Shown here: one piece after another, positions 17,985 to 26,777 of the stretch
Layout of the letters: the number at the start of each line of letters is the position of its first letter
Position numbering within the stretch: position 1 is the first letter of the stretch
Assembly: GCA_016187935.1 (NCBI GenBank)
Contig: JACPIU010000005.1
Span: forward strand, 11,028 to 43,027
Direction: 5' to 3'
Origin: Bdellovibrio sp.
GTDB lineage: Bacteria > Bdellovibrionota > Bacteriovoracia > Bacteriovoracales > Bacteriovoracaceae
Length of the DNA: 32,000 nucleotides
Program-made: the position numbers and the translations under genes
The notes under the pieces: model-generated
Database searches by the model: none
The model's input: only the letters and a program-made list of their open reading frames with translations
What the model was told of the DNA's origin: nothing

Positions 17985-19360
17985 AAATATATACTTTTCT
18001 TTTTGTTGCTATTTTTTTGCCACTTTCTCAAACTCATGCTGGAGTCCGACTTGTGTCTCCCAAAAAGGATGCTTACGTCTTCAATAATATTCTTCAGATC
18101 GTGATCAAAGGTTGCAATAAAAAACCCTCGACTCAAATCCATTTTGGTGACGAGAGCACCAAAAATCACTGGCAATCTCACCAATATTCCCGACAATGGA
18201 TTTCCAATGTTCTCCTCAGCGAAAGCAACTATCAGGTGAGCAATTTTCGTCTGATGGGTAAATGTGGATTTCACACTATCGATTTGAAATCCACATTCCA
18301 AAAAATCAGTGATCCCCTTATTCCCGCCGAAGAAGTGGCCATCAGATATATGTCCAGACATTCCGCTCGAAAGGAAAAGTGGGATTGGGGGCCCGCCATC
18401 TTTCTCTATGGTCTGGGCAGAATGGTTAATACTTCTTCGCGAATCTCCTCGCAGTCGCTCCAATATCTCATGGATTATCATTCTTACCATATGAACAGAG
18501 ATGACCTGAAAATTGACTGGGCCGACAGATGCCCATCATCTCTCTCTGCCATGGATCTTGCCTTCAAATTCGAGCGCGATTTTGCTATGCCTAACGTGGA
18601 AAAAGTGATGGCCTTTTTAAGGCATGCCAAAAGAAACAGGGCCGGCTCTCTTGATCACTTTGGCAATGACACCTGGATGGCGAAGATCTTTCCTTCAACC
18701 ATCTGGGTGGATAGTCTCATGATGTGGGTTCTCCCGGCAGTCAAGTATGCGCTCTTGAAACAGGATACGAACTTGCTTGAATTTGCCGTAAGACAACCCC
18801 TGATTTTTGCCTCGCGAATGCAGGACAAAAAAAGTGGATTCTTCTTCCACGCCTGGAATCTTGAAAAGTCCAGGTCCTATCCAAAAAACAACACCTTTTG
18901 GCTGCGCGGAAATGGTTGGGTTCTTGCTTCATTTATTGAAATTCTGGAATTGCTGGGCCCTGGGCATTCTCTTTATGCAGGAATCAAGGACTCCTTTCTC
19001 CGTCTGGCCTATGCCATGAAGTCCCACCAGTTACCTACAGGTCTTTGGGATACGGTCGTGGCCAGGCCTGGTTATGCCTACGAAGAACTTTCCGGCTCGG
19101 CCCTCGTGGCCTATGCATTCACCAAGGCATGGCGCTTAGGAATTCTCGATAAGGATTATCTCACCCGGGCCACGCGGACATTCAATTCCTTATCCGGACG
19201 TCTGAAACAGAAAAAAAACGGATACTCCATGCCAGGCATTTCATGGTTGACCATGCCATACCCTCCCATCATCTACAAAATGCTTCCAAAGGTTTCTGAT
19301 ATAAACTATGGAGTCGGTGCCTTTCTTCTCTTGGCCGCAGAACTCGCCCTGGTTATTTAG
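17981..19360 (+). CDS. Unsaturated glucuronyl / rhamnogalacturonyl hydrolase-like protein (GH88/GH105)
   Basis: Signal peptide. Family motifs FWLRGNGWVLASF (WxRGNGW) and IWVDSLMM (catalytic Asp region). Size fits the alpha/alpha-barrel fold. Confidence 0.75.
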   Translation: MKIYTFLFVAIFLPLSQTHAGVRLVSPKKDAYVFNNILQIVIKGCNKKPSTQIHFGDESTKNHWQSHQYSRQWISNVLLSESNYQVSNFRLMGKCGFHTIDLKSTFQKISDPLIPAEEVAIRYMSRHSARKEKWDWGPAIFLYGLGRMVNTSSRISSQSLQYLMDYHSYHMNRDDLKIDWADRCPSSLSAMDLAFKFERDFAMPNVEKVMAFLRHAKRNRAGSLDHFGNDTWMAKIFPSTIWVDSLMMWVLPAVKYALLKQDTNLLEFAVRQPLIFASRMQDKKSGFFFHAWNLEKSRSYPKNNTFWLRGNGWVLASFIEILELLGPGHSLYAGIKDSFLRLAYAMKSHQLPTGLWDTVVARPGYAYEELSGSALVAYAFTKAWRLGILDKDYLTRATRTFNSLSGRLKQKKNGYSMPGISWLTMPYPPIIYKMLPKVSDINYGVGAFLLLAAELALVI

Positions 19361-19515
19361 CCGTTTCCAGTTTCACTCTACCTCCGGGAAGATCAAGCAC
19401 CATCGAGTGCGGTGCTAAACGGGCCATTTTTTTATTTCTTATTTGTGCGTTTTTTTACGCCAAGTTGAGGCCAGCATTTCCCCATGGAAAAACCTCAGCG
19501 AATTGCATCGTCTCT

Positions 19516-20283
19516 TTATTTGTAAATGAGACAAGGACTTGGTCCTCTGCCGGAAAAAAGTCGCATTTGGATTTGATCCCCGGCCTCAAGATCAAAATGC
19601 GAGAATAAATAATTAAGATTAAATTTTACATTGTTTGTTAACGTGGCGGTTCTGTTTGAGATTTTTTCCTTCCTCTTCTTTATGGGAATTTTCGTTCCTT
19701 TGGTTCCAGTTACCATGATATCTTGCAACCCTATTCGCAATTTTTTTTGGGTTGGACCTTCATAGATCAATTGAATGTCTTTATTCTCCTGAATTAATTC
19801 ATAAGATTCGACAGTTTGTTTGGGCGATTTATCCACAATCAATTTGAAAAAAGCGGCAAGAGAAAAATTGGTTTGTAACTTATCGACATGAAAAACAATT
19901 GCTGAGGGGCCAAAAAGTTGAAATCTCCAATACCCGAAGGTGGACTTCTGTTTTGATGGAATGTAGCACTCGGGGAATTTTTCGCAGGTGGATTTGGCGT
20001 TTTTTAGTTCGACTTTTAACAATTCAAAATTGCTTGCATCGATATGCCCTGTAAATGTTCCCACCTTCTTTCCCGAGCAGTTTGAAAAACCTCCGATATT
20101 TGTTTCAAGCCGATAATCACCATTGTCGAAGACATTGAGAATAGTGTTGGCAACGACATCAATAAGATCCTGTTTGAGTATAGCTTGAAAGATGGGAGGA
20201 GATAAATCGTCTTTGGCAAAAATGCTCTCGCCTAATAAAATGCTAAAAAATAGAAGTGAAATTTTAAAATTAATCCCAGGCAT
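19516..20283 (-). CDS. Secreted hypothetical protein, downstream partner of the metalloprotease gene
   Basis: The internal start MPGINFKISLLFFSILLGESIFA (ATG 20283) gives a signal peptide and overlaps the upstream gene stop by 14 nt. Confidence 0.6.
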   Translation of the reverse strand: MPGINFKISLLFFSILLGESIFAKDDLSPPIFQAILKQDLIDVVANTILNVFDNGDYRLETNIGGFSNCSGKKVGTFTGHIDASNFELLKVELKNAKSTCEKFPECYIPSKQKSTFGYWRFQLFGPSAIVFHVDKLQTNFSLAAFFKLIVDKSPKQTVESYELIQENKDIQLIYEGPTQKKLRIGLQDIMVTGTKGTKIPIKKRKEKISNRTATLTNNVKFNLNYLFSHFDLEAGDQIQMRLFSGRGPSPCLIYK

Positions 20284-22018
20284 ATCTAATCCTATCGTGA
20301 ACTCTGCCATGGCATCGTTCAGGCCTTAAAATTCTTTCCACATGGCGAGGAAGGATTTCTTCACCACTATTCATTATACTGTTGTTGGGGCCGATCTCAT
20401 TATAGGGATAGCTCTTTTTATCGACATATTCGTCAGGGAGACCAAGACGATGCAACATTTCATGTTTTAGAATCCAGCACTCTGTGGTCGCAGTTACATT
20501 GTTAGCATCTTGGCGATCGCGCCAGTGTGTACCTGCGGCAAGAACAGCGTCCTTTTGTTTCGGTGTCAAATCTTTTTTGCAGGTTGTATTAGGAATTTCA
20601 CTTCTACCGGCAAAAATGACTTCGATGCCGTCGGGATCAGGAACATGACAGTCGGCACAGTAACAGCGGTGAACAGCAAAATCATTACCTTCTTCAAAGT
20701 TGAAATACAAATTGATCTTAGCATTTTTCAGCCATGGCAAAGAACCGGATGCTTTGGTAAAAGCTGCTTCAATATCTCCCTCAAAACTTGCTCTACAGGT
20801 CTTGAGGGTATTGTAAAACTCGGTTTTTTCATCTTGCGAAAGTTCATCCGTGTCAAATCCCAAATCAAGCGTCAAATTGATGGTATTCTTTTTTTTATTG
20901 AACTTTACTTGATAATCAAAGTCTGAACCGAAAGGTGGATCATCCATTCTTCGACCTTGCTGTCTGAATTCATTGTTCGGATCAAAGGGATGATCGGGGG
21001 CAGGATCGTCATCATCAAAGATACCATCGCAGTCAGTATCAAATTCATGGGGATCATAATAATAGCTTTGGCGGCAAAGATATATATTTGCCATCGCTCG
21101 TTGAGTTTGATTCATATCGATAATCGCTTGATCGAAAATTCCTGGAAAGTTTTTAAAAAGCTGTTCAGGGCTCATATTGCAGACATTACTTAATTGGGAA
21201 TGGATATTGGCAGTATAATCCGTTTCAATATTAATGATGGCCTGATCAACTTCCTTTTTAAAATTCGAATTTGGAGCGTTGTAAAGCGTATCATAGGCGG
21301 ATTTGATGGCCTCATGCTGGCCAACGGAATGGGCATTGGGAGTCCAGTGATCGCCCAAATGACGCTTCATAAGAGAGACCAGTTGGGTCGTGCGATTTTC
21401 AGGCCAAAATAAATGCGGCATAGCTCTATGCAAGCGATCCACATACTCGGCTTTCGTATATTCCAAATCAAGGCCACCTATGAGGCTCAAATTGTAGCCA
21501 CCATAAATTTGATCGATGATGGTTGCGCTGATTGTGTTGTATTTAAAATGGGTAGATTTTCTGATCTCTGCATGAGGGGCAGGGGGAAGCGATGTGAGAC
21601 AACTGAGATCAGGCAAAGGCGCAGGCTCCCCGGGAACATTGTCCAAATATTCGGACTTTAAAACGCTGGCGACATAATCTCTCAGATAGGAGGTCGTATT
21701 AGTTTGGGAAAAAAAATTGACAAGAAATAGAAGTGGCGGTTGATCCAAAACGGTTAAGTGCTGGCATATACTGCTTAAATTTTTCGAGAGAATGGAACGA
21801 GTACAGGTTTCCCTTACCGCTTCATTCGCCTCGAAAGCGTCGGACGCAATTCTGCCCATTCCCGAGTGGCTGGTACCGCCATCACTCGCAGGGGTACTAA
21901 AAAGGTTATCAGTTGCAGGCGAGGGCACATGGGCGAAAGTTGTCGGCCCAATTCCCGTTGATAAAAAAAAGGCAAACAGACTAGCGCGAAATGATAGATT
22001 TAAAATCATTGAAAGCAT
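20270..22018 (-). CDS. Large secreted protein with a C-terminal snapalysin-type (HExxHxxGxxD) zinc metalloprotease module
   Basis: HEMLHRLGLPD is encoded at 20432-20464, followed by a Met-turn-like SIMNSG. The mid-protein has an Asp-rich Ca-binding-like DTDCDGIFDDDDPAPD. The signal-peptide start MLSMILNLSFRASLFAFFLS at 22018 is preferred over the tracked 22189. Confidence 0.7.
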   Translation of the reverse strand: MLSMILNLSFRASLFAFFLSTGIGPTTFAHVPSPATDNLFSTPASDGGTSHSGMGRIASDAFEANEAVRETCTRSILSKNLSSICQHLTVLDQPPLLFLVNFFSQTNTTSYLRDYVASVLKSEYLDNVPGEPAPLPDLSCLTSLPPAPHAEIRKSTHFKYNTISATIIDQIYGGYNLSLIGGLDLEYTKAEYVDRLHRAMPHLFWPENRTTQLVSLMKRHLGDHWTPNAHSVGQHEAIKSAYDTLYNAPNSNFKKEVDQAIINIETDYTANIHSQLSNVCNMSPEQLFKNFPGIFDQAIIDMNQTQRAMANIYLCRQSYYYDPHEFDTDCDGIFDDDDPAPDHPFDPNNEFRQQGRRMDDPPFGSDFDYQVKFNKKKNTINLTLDLGFDTDELSQDEKTEFYNTLKTCRASFEGDIEAAFTKASGSLPWLKNAKINLYFNFEEGNDFAVHRCYCADCHVPDPDGIEVIFAGRSEIPNTTCKKDLTPKQKDAVLAAGTHWRDRQDANNVTATTECWILKHEMLHRLGLPDEYVDKKSYPYNEIGPNNSIMNSGEEILPRHVERILRPERCHGRVHDRIRYAWD

Positions 22019-22286
22019 AATGTGACACACCCTTTTCGTCGTGAAAAAATAACTTCGTGCAGATTTGCTCCAATCAGTCATGCTTCTATTATGGCGTAAA
22101 AAAATCAAGAAGTGTACTGTCGATTTTGCCGAGAAACTCAGAAGAGCAGACAGCACACCCCGCCGATGAAGTTTATTCCGACTTCTCAATTATTGCTTCC
22201 AGAATCATCAGTGAGTTATTAAAAATTCATCTTGCTTTTTTAATTCATTTTTCCTAGCGAGAATGGGGGCGAAGCTTTGCAAAATT

Positions 22287-23138
22287 CTATTTTTCTTCCT
22301 TTTTATAAAATATTAGAGTTAACGCAGCGATAGTCATGATGATAGTTGCTGTCTTTTCTACTTGAAAAGGTTTCCCGACAATGAGCCAATCAATTAAAAA
22401 AATCCAAACGATAAACATCTTTGACGAGATGTTCGCCAATGAAGCGGAAAGTCCGCAATAAACTTTCACCAAAAAGACTTGTCCCAGATAGGCACTGAGC
22501 GCTATCCCCAAAAGATACATCCACTCCAAGAAAGAGGGGATTGCAGGAGTATACGACAGGAAAGGGAGGGAAACGAAAAACAAAAGCGCATGCAATGAAA
22601 AAATCAAATTATTAGTGCTGGAAACTCTAGAAGCCATTTTGAGAAAAAGAAATGAGATGGCCATAAAGACTGACCCAACAATTCCGATGACAATTCCCTT
22701 GGTTTCTAAGGAAGAATTAAAACCTTTAAAGTTAACAAACGTTTCGATCAGGACAATAAGAAATATTCCGATATACTGGCGCGCACTTAATCGCTCATCC
22801 ATATAGACTCTCGAAAGGACCAGAAGAAAAACCGGAGCAAGAAGGGTGATAAGGGCCGCATTCAAGGTGTCGAGATATTTCAAGGAAAAGTAATAACAGC
22901 TCAAGGAGATAGAGCCAAAACAGGCCCTATACCAACTATTTTTAGAATCAGACGAAAAGTATGACCTTATTTCGCGGAAATAAAGGATCGTTAATGCGGT
23001 CAAAGTTAAAAGTGAGCGACTCAGAAGAATTGAGCCTATTGAAAGACTTTGGCTGGCATATCTGACCATTACCGCCATACTTCCTAGGAATAGCGCCGCA
23101 AACGTCGCGCTTATGAGAGGATGCATATTAACCCGCAT
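22287..23138 (-). CDS. EamA/DMT superfamily transporter (10 TM)
   Basis: About 285 aa, entirely hydrophobic helices arranged as two EamA-like halves. Candidate starts are TTG 23144, ATG 23138 and ATG 23126; all overlap or abut the cyclase stop at 23128-23130. Confidence 0.8.
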   Translation of the reverse strand: MRVNMHPLISATFAALFLGSMAVMVRYASQSLSIGSILLSRSLLTLTALTILYFREIRSYFSSDSKNSWYRACFGSISLSCYYFSLKYLDTLNAALITLLAPVFLLVLSRVYMDERLSARQYIGIFLIVLIETFVNFKGFNSSLETKGIVIGIVGSVFMAISFLFLKMASRVSSTNNLIFSLHALLFFVSLPFLSYTPAIPSFLEWMYLLGIALSAYLGQVFLVKVYCGLSASLANISSKMFIVWIFLIDWLIVGKPFQVEKTATIIMTIAALTLIFYKKEEK

Positions 23139-25263
23139 ATTCAAAGATTGAAGCCCTGATATAATCTTTTTTCACGAATAAGTTGATCTCTTTCTTTTTC
23201 TTTAGACTCAAATTCAAAAAACGTTCGGCAAGGGAGTTCGAAACCATAATCTTTCCCTTCGGGCAGACTTGCAAAAGACGGGACGATATATTCACGGATG
23301 CTCCCGAACTCCGAATCGAATATTGGTCACAAACCAAATTGGCTTCCCCCACATTCAAACTTATTGACATGGATATTGGAGGATAGCCTTTTTTACTGCA
23401 GAGGACTGCGCCATCGGTATTGATAAACTTGACGATTTCCTCCACCACCAAGGCCGATCTCTGGGCAATATTCTCAAAGTTGTTGTTCAATTTGTCGGTC
23501 ACTATCAGGTAGATCTCATCACCCTCAAAACGCTCGGGAATAGCATACTTCAAGACGGACTTGATAAGGGCAGGAAAATAGACCTTGTCGACAAATTTCA
23601 CATATTCGTTATCTTGCGCTCCATATTTATGGTTGTTATAGCTGTAATCAATAATATCGATAAAAACTGATCCCAATATCAATTTGTGTTCACCGATGCC
23701 AAAGCTCGATTTTATTTTTTCTATAGAATAGGATTCCTTCAAGGCATACTCGATCAGCTTTTCAGAAAAGACACCCAAGTTTGACATAATGGATTTGATC
23801 GAGGTTTCGCTCTCCAAGATATGAAAGTTTGACTTGTATTTATTGTCTGACAGATTGATCCAGGCTACGCTGCCTATGGGGATGATGCAATAATATGAAT
23901 TATCATCGCCTTTTTGCAAAGTGATGTTTCCCTGTTTTGAACTTTCCACCATCTTGCCGCCTTTTCCGGTTAAAAAGTCTATTTGAGAATCAATAGAAGT
24001 ATCCTTCTCGTAACCAAACTCGTATATTCTCCTTGCCTTGTTCCCTAACTGTGTATTAAGTCCAAAGCAATAGTCGTCCACATAGATAGAAAGCCGTGAA
24101 AACCCGCTGCGCTCGAGCAAAATTGTACCCACTTCTACCAGCGACTCTTTTATATTCTTGGAATTATAGATCGAGTCCAAGATGCGAGTCATTGCACTGA
24201 TCTTTAATCCCACCTTCATCTCGGATTTATTGGTGAAATAGAACACGCATAGAGCGATCACGGCGATCATCGTCTGTGCGGTGTAAACCCCTAGGCTTGA
24301 GAACATTGAGACTGTGTCTATCAATTGGGAAATGCCCCAAGTAAGAGCGATAACCTGAAGAGTGGAATAGTTCTTCCTGATAAAACGCTCGTTAAAAATG
24401 TACCACGCACCAAAGGCGGTCGCGAGGACAAAGAACGGATAAAAATAGACGTAGCAATTGACAAGATTCGATGGATCGAAAACCTGGATGAAGGCGGTCA
24501 AGGCGAGCATAGCTCCATGCATGGAAATTGAAGTTAGGGAGAACTTGGAATATGTCCCGATAAATGTGACAAAAGCGAGTGAATATAAAATGCGAAGGTA
24601 TATATGGAGAGTCGTTGTAAAAGTTCCACTCCAAAAAAGTCTCATAAAATGGGCAAGCGAAAGGCAATAGACAAATGAAACCACAGCGAAGAAAAGAATG
24701 GCAAAACGTTCCTTATCCGAACTTGAAAGGCTATTGAAAACATGTCTCAGCGCCTTATATGTTCTGGCATCGGTAAAAATAGAAAGAATTAGAAGAAGTG
24801 AACAAATGGGTCCCAGGTAGATAAGTATAAAATCCCTCAGCATATGAAGCCAATTACCTGAGCCAATGTCCAATATCACGGGTGAATAGGAGAAACTGAA
24901 AGAAAATCCCGATTGTGGCAGACATTGGATGGAAATTAACTTGTCTCCGTCATTTTTTCGGAAATGAATTTTAGGCGATATTTCCTGCTTGATACCATCA
25001 GAAACGAGTACTGTCTGATAGAGACTGGAAGCGTCCTTCATAACCGAGCAAGCTCCTCTCGGGCGCCCTAACGATACAACGTAAGTTCCTTTAGGAAGTT
25101 TGGATATATCGGCTTGGTAATGACATTGGTCGATCTTTTGGAATAGCTTTTTACTTCCAATCACTTTTAGGGAGATGCTGTCCAAATAAACGGTGGCGAC
25201 GGAAAGCAGGAGAAGAAGGCCCGTGGAAATGAAGATTTTTAGCCAGAATTCACGCTTATTCAT
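23128..25263 (-). CDS. 7TM receptor (7TMR-DISM-like, with an extracytoplasmic domain) - GAF-like - class III nucleotidyl cyclase
   Basis: Signal anchor, an extracytoplasmic segment of about 115 aa, 7 predicted TM helices (aa 145-345), a GAF-like region (aa 360-510), and cyclase motifs VFIDIIDYS, ERFEGDEIYLIV, ISLNVGEA and GASVNISSRL...KGKIMVS. Confidence 0.75.
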   Translation of the reverse strand: MNKREFWLKIFISTGLLLLLSVATVYLDSISLKVIGSKKLFQKIDQCHYQADISKLPKGTYVVSLGRPRGACSVMKDASSLYQTVLVSDGIKQEISPKIHFRKNDGDKLISIQCLPQSGFSFSFSYSPVILDIGSGNWLHMLRDFILIYLGPICSLLLILSIFTDARTYKALRHVFNSLSSSDKERFAILFFAVVSFVYCLSLAHFMRLFWSGTFTTTLHIYLRILYSLAFVTFIGTYSKFSLTSISMHGAMLALTAFIQVFDPSNLVNCYVYFYPFFVLATAFGAWYIFNERFIRKNYSTLQVIALTWGISQLIDTVSMFSSLGVYTAQTMIAVIALCVFYFTNKSEMKVGLKISAMTRILDSIYNSKNIKESLVEVGTILLERSGFSRLSIYVDDYCFGLNTQLGNKARRIYEFGYEKDTSIDSQIDFLTGKGGKMVESSKQGNITLQKGDDNSYYCIIPIGSVAWINLSDNKYKSNFHILESETSIKSIMSNLGVFSEKLIEYALKESYSIEKIKSSFGIGEHKLILGSVFIDIIDYSYNNHKYGAQDNEYVKFVDKVYFPALIKSVLKYAIPERFEGDEIYLIVTDKLNNNFENIAQRSALVVEEIVKFINTDGAVLCSKKGYPPISMSISLNVGEANLVCDQYSIRSSGASVNISSRLLQVCPKGKIMVSNSLAERFLNLSLKKKKEINLFVKKDYIRASIFEYAG

Positions 25264-26776
25264 ATTTTAATTTTGTTACCGCTATGGAATGCTCCAAACT
25301 TGAGATCATGTCCTGCATGCCATTTTTTTTGAAAGTCACAAGACGATCAGTTGAAGTTTTGCATTCTTTTTTACTTATCTTGGAATCGAGTGGATAAGTC
25401 ACAAGAAATATTCCTTCACCTACCCCGTGTTTCTTCAAAGTTTCCTGCATGTATGCTTGCACGTCTTCATTTGTTAACTCTGGATCGAAGACCGAGCAAT
25501 AATTCAAGGAGTTACTCAAATTAATGAATGAACTGGAAAAAACAAGCATCGCCCCGGGATATCTGAGTGCCGTTCGCAATTCTTTGCCTATCTGATATTG
25601 GGACGACTCAATTGGCTCCTCTTTTGTCCTCAATCCGGATTGCACAACATGCTCACGATGGATATGGATGGGTATGATCGCCCCTTCCTGTTTGGAGTAA
25701 CTTACATATTTGGTATAAATACGTTCGCACCACCGGCTTTTGGAAGAATAAAGAACCATGGCCGCAGGGGTGTTGTCTTTATGTGTGGGGCTCCCCATGA
25801 TATATTCACAGCGCCACTTGTACAGATCGCCCGAGTTGTCGAGCTGCCTGTTATTTTTTATGGCACAATAGCTGTGCTTAATCCACATGAACTCCCCGTC
25901 CTGCACAAAGCTCTTTGTAAGACTTGAGCTTCCAACAAGATTCTCCCCCTCGCAGACGGCAAGAATGTCATACGTGTTCCCGCCCTGCTTGTAGACGTTA
26001 TCCCACACATCGAAGATGTCACCACTCATATTTTTTATCTCTTCGATGTTCATGTACTGTCCGAGATAGCCGCTTTCAATGAAAAGTTTGAAGATTTTAT
26101 CATTCTCAAAATTGCTCCTACGTGACAATAATGGGTACTTTAGGGACATAAAAAGTTCGAATGAAAGACGATATTCCTCGTCGGAAATCGCATTAAAACT
26201 GTAGATACTCTTTTTCTCTTTTCTATTAAGCAGGGTGAGTGCAATCCTGCCACCAGGGGTGATAATTTTTGAAATGTCCCTTGAATCATTGAATGCAATG
26301 CTATCGACATTCACACTAAAGCTCATGGCCGTCGATTTCTGCCCATCGGCTAACATGACGGGTAATTCTTGTTCAACCAGGGTTCTAGGCTGTTTTCGGA
26401 ATTTAAGCACGGTTATTTTATTGGGCAATGCCAATTCAAAATACTTGTCATTTTCGAAGCACTCTTCAGAGATTATGGAGGCTTCAAGCTCAAAGCAGAC
26501 GTTAAAGACTTCAAACCTTGCGCGTAAGATTTCGTTTCCGGGACCGAATGTCTTCGATGTTTTTACATGGAAGGAGTCATAATCCGCCAAGTCTTCATCA
26601 ACAACGAACTCGGCCTTGTTGTATTCTTCTCCATGGTAAGCGATGCACTTGGTAAGGTCTTTCCATTGGAAGTAAAGTGCAAGGATTCGCTTAACGTCTT
26701 TTTCGCTGTCGAAGGTATAGAGATTCTCGGTTTGTAAAAGCTGTCCCAAAGAATAGGATTCGGATTCTGTCACCAT
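25256..26776 (-). CDS. Hypothetical cytoplasmic protein (506 aa), possibly with a degenerate PilZ-like segment
   Basis: No signal peptide. Coupled on both sides: TGA-T-ATG upstream and an ATGAATAA overlap downstream. RKQPR (aa 127-131), then NVDSIA 25 residues later, loosely matches RxxxR...(D/N)xSxxG. Confidence 0.7.
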   Translation of the reverse strand: MVTESESYSLGQLLQTENLYTFDSEKDVKRILALYFQWKDLTKCIAYHGEEYNKAEFVVDEDLADYDSFHVKTSKTFGPGNEILRARFEVFNVCFELEASIISEECFENDKYFELALPNKITVLKFRKQPRTLVEQELPVMLADGQKSTAMSFSVNVDSIAFNDSRDISKIITPGGRIALTLLNRKEKKSIYSFNAISDEEYRLSFELFMSLKYPLLSRRSNFENDKIFKLFIESGYLGQYMNIEEIKNMSGDIFDVWDNVYKQGGNTYDILAVCEGENLVGSSSLTKSFVQDGEFMWIKHSYCAIKNNRQLDNSGDLYKWRCEYIMGSPTHKDNTPAAMVLYSSKSRWCERIYTKYVSYSKQEGAIIPIHIHREHVVQSGLRTKEEPIESSQYQIGKELRTALRYPGAMLVFSSSFINLSNSLNYCSVFDPELTNEDVQAYMQETLKKHGVGEGIFLVTYPLDSKISKKECKTSTDRLVTFKKNGMQDMISSLEHSIAVTKLKYE

Positions 26777-26777
26777 A

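Noticed and set aside
20510-21661. Chain of plus-strand ORFs (20510..20926, 20957..21193, 21194..21412, 21413..21661), plus similar antisense ORFs inside other long genes (e.g. 54..503, 983..1402, 16968..17222, 25598..25927)
   Set aside because: These are shadow ORFs opposite long, feature-rich genes, with low-complexity or odd composition and no start signals.
23128-25263. The cyclase as a Pycsar- or CBASS-type defence cyclase
   Set aside because: I saw no recognisable cNMP-binding, TIR, patatin or pore-type effector next to it, and the 7TM-GAF sensor architecture is typical of environmental signalling proteins. It is kept only as a low-probability alternative under the operon finding.
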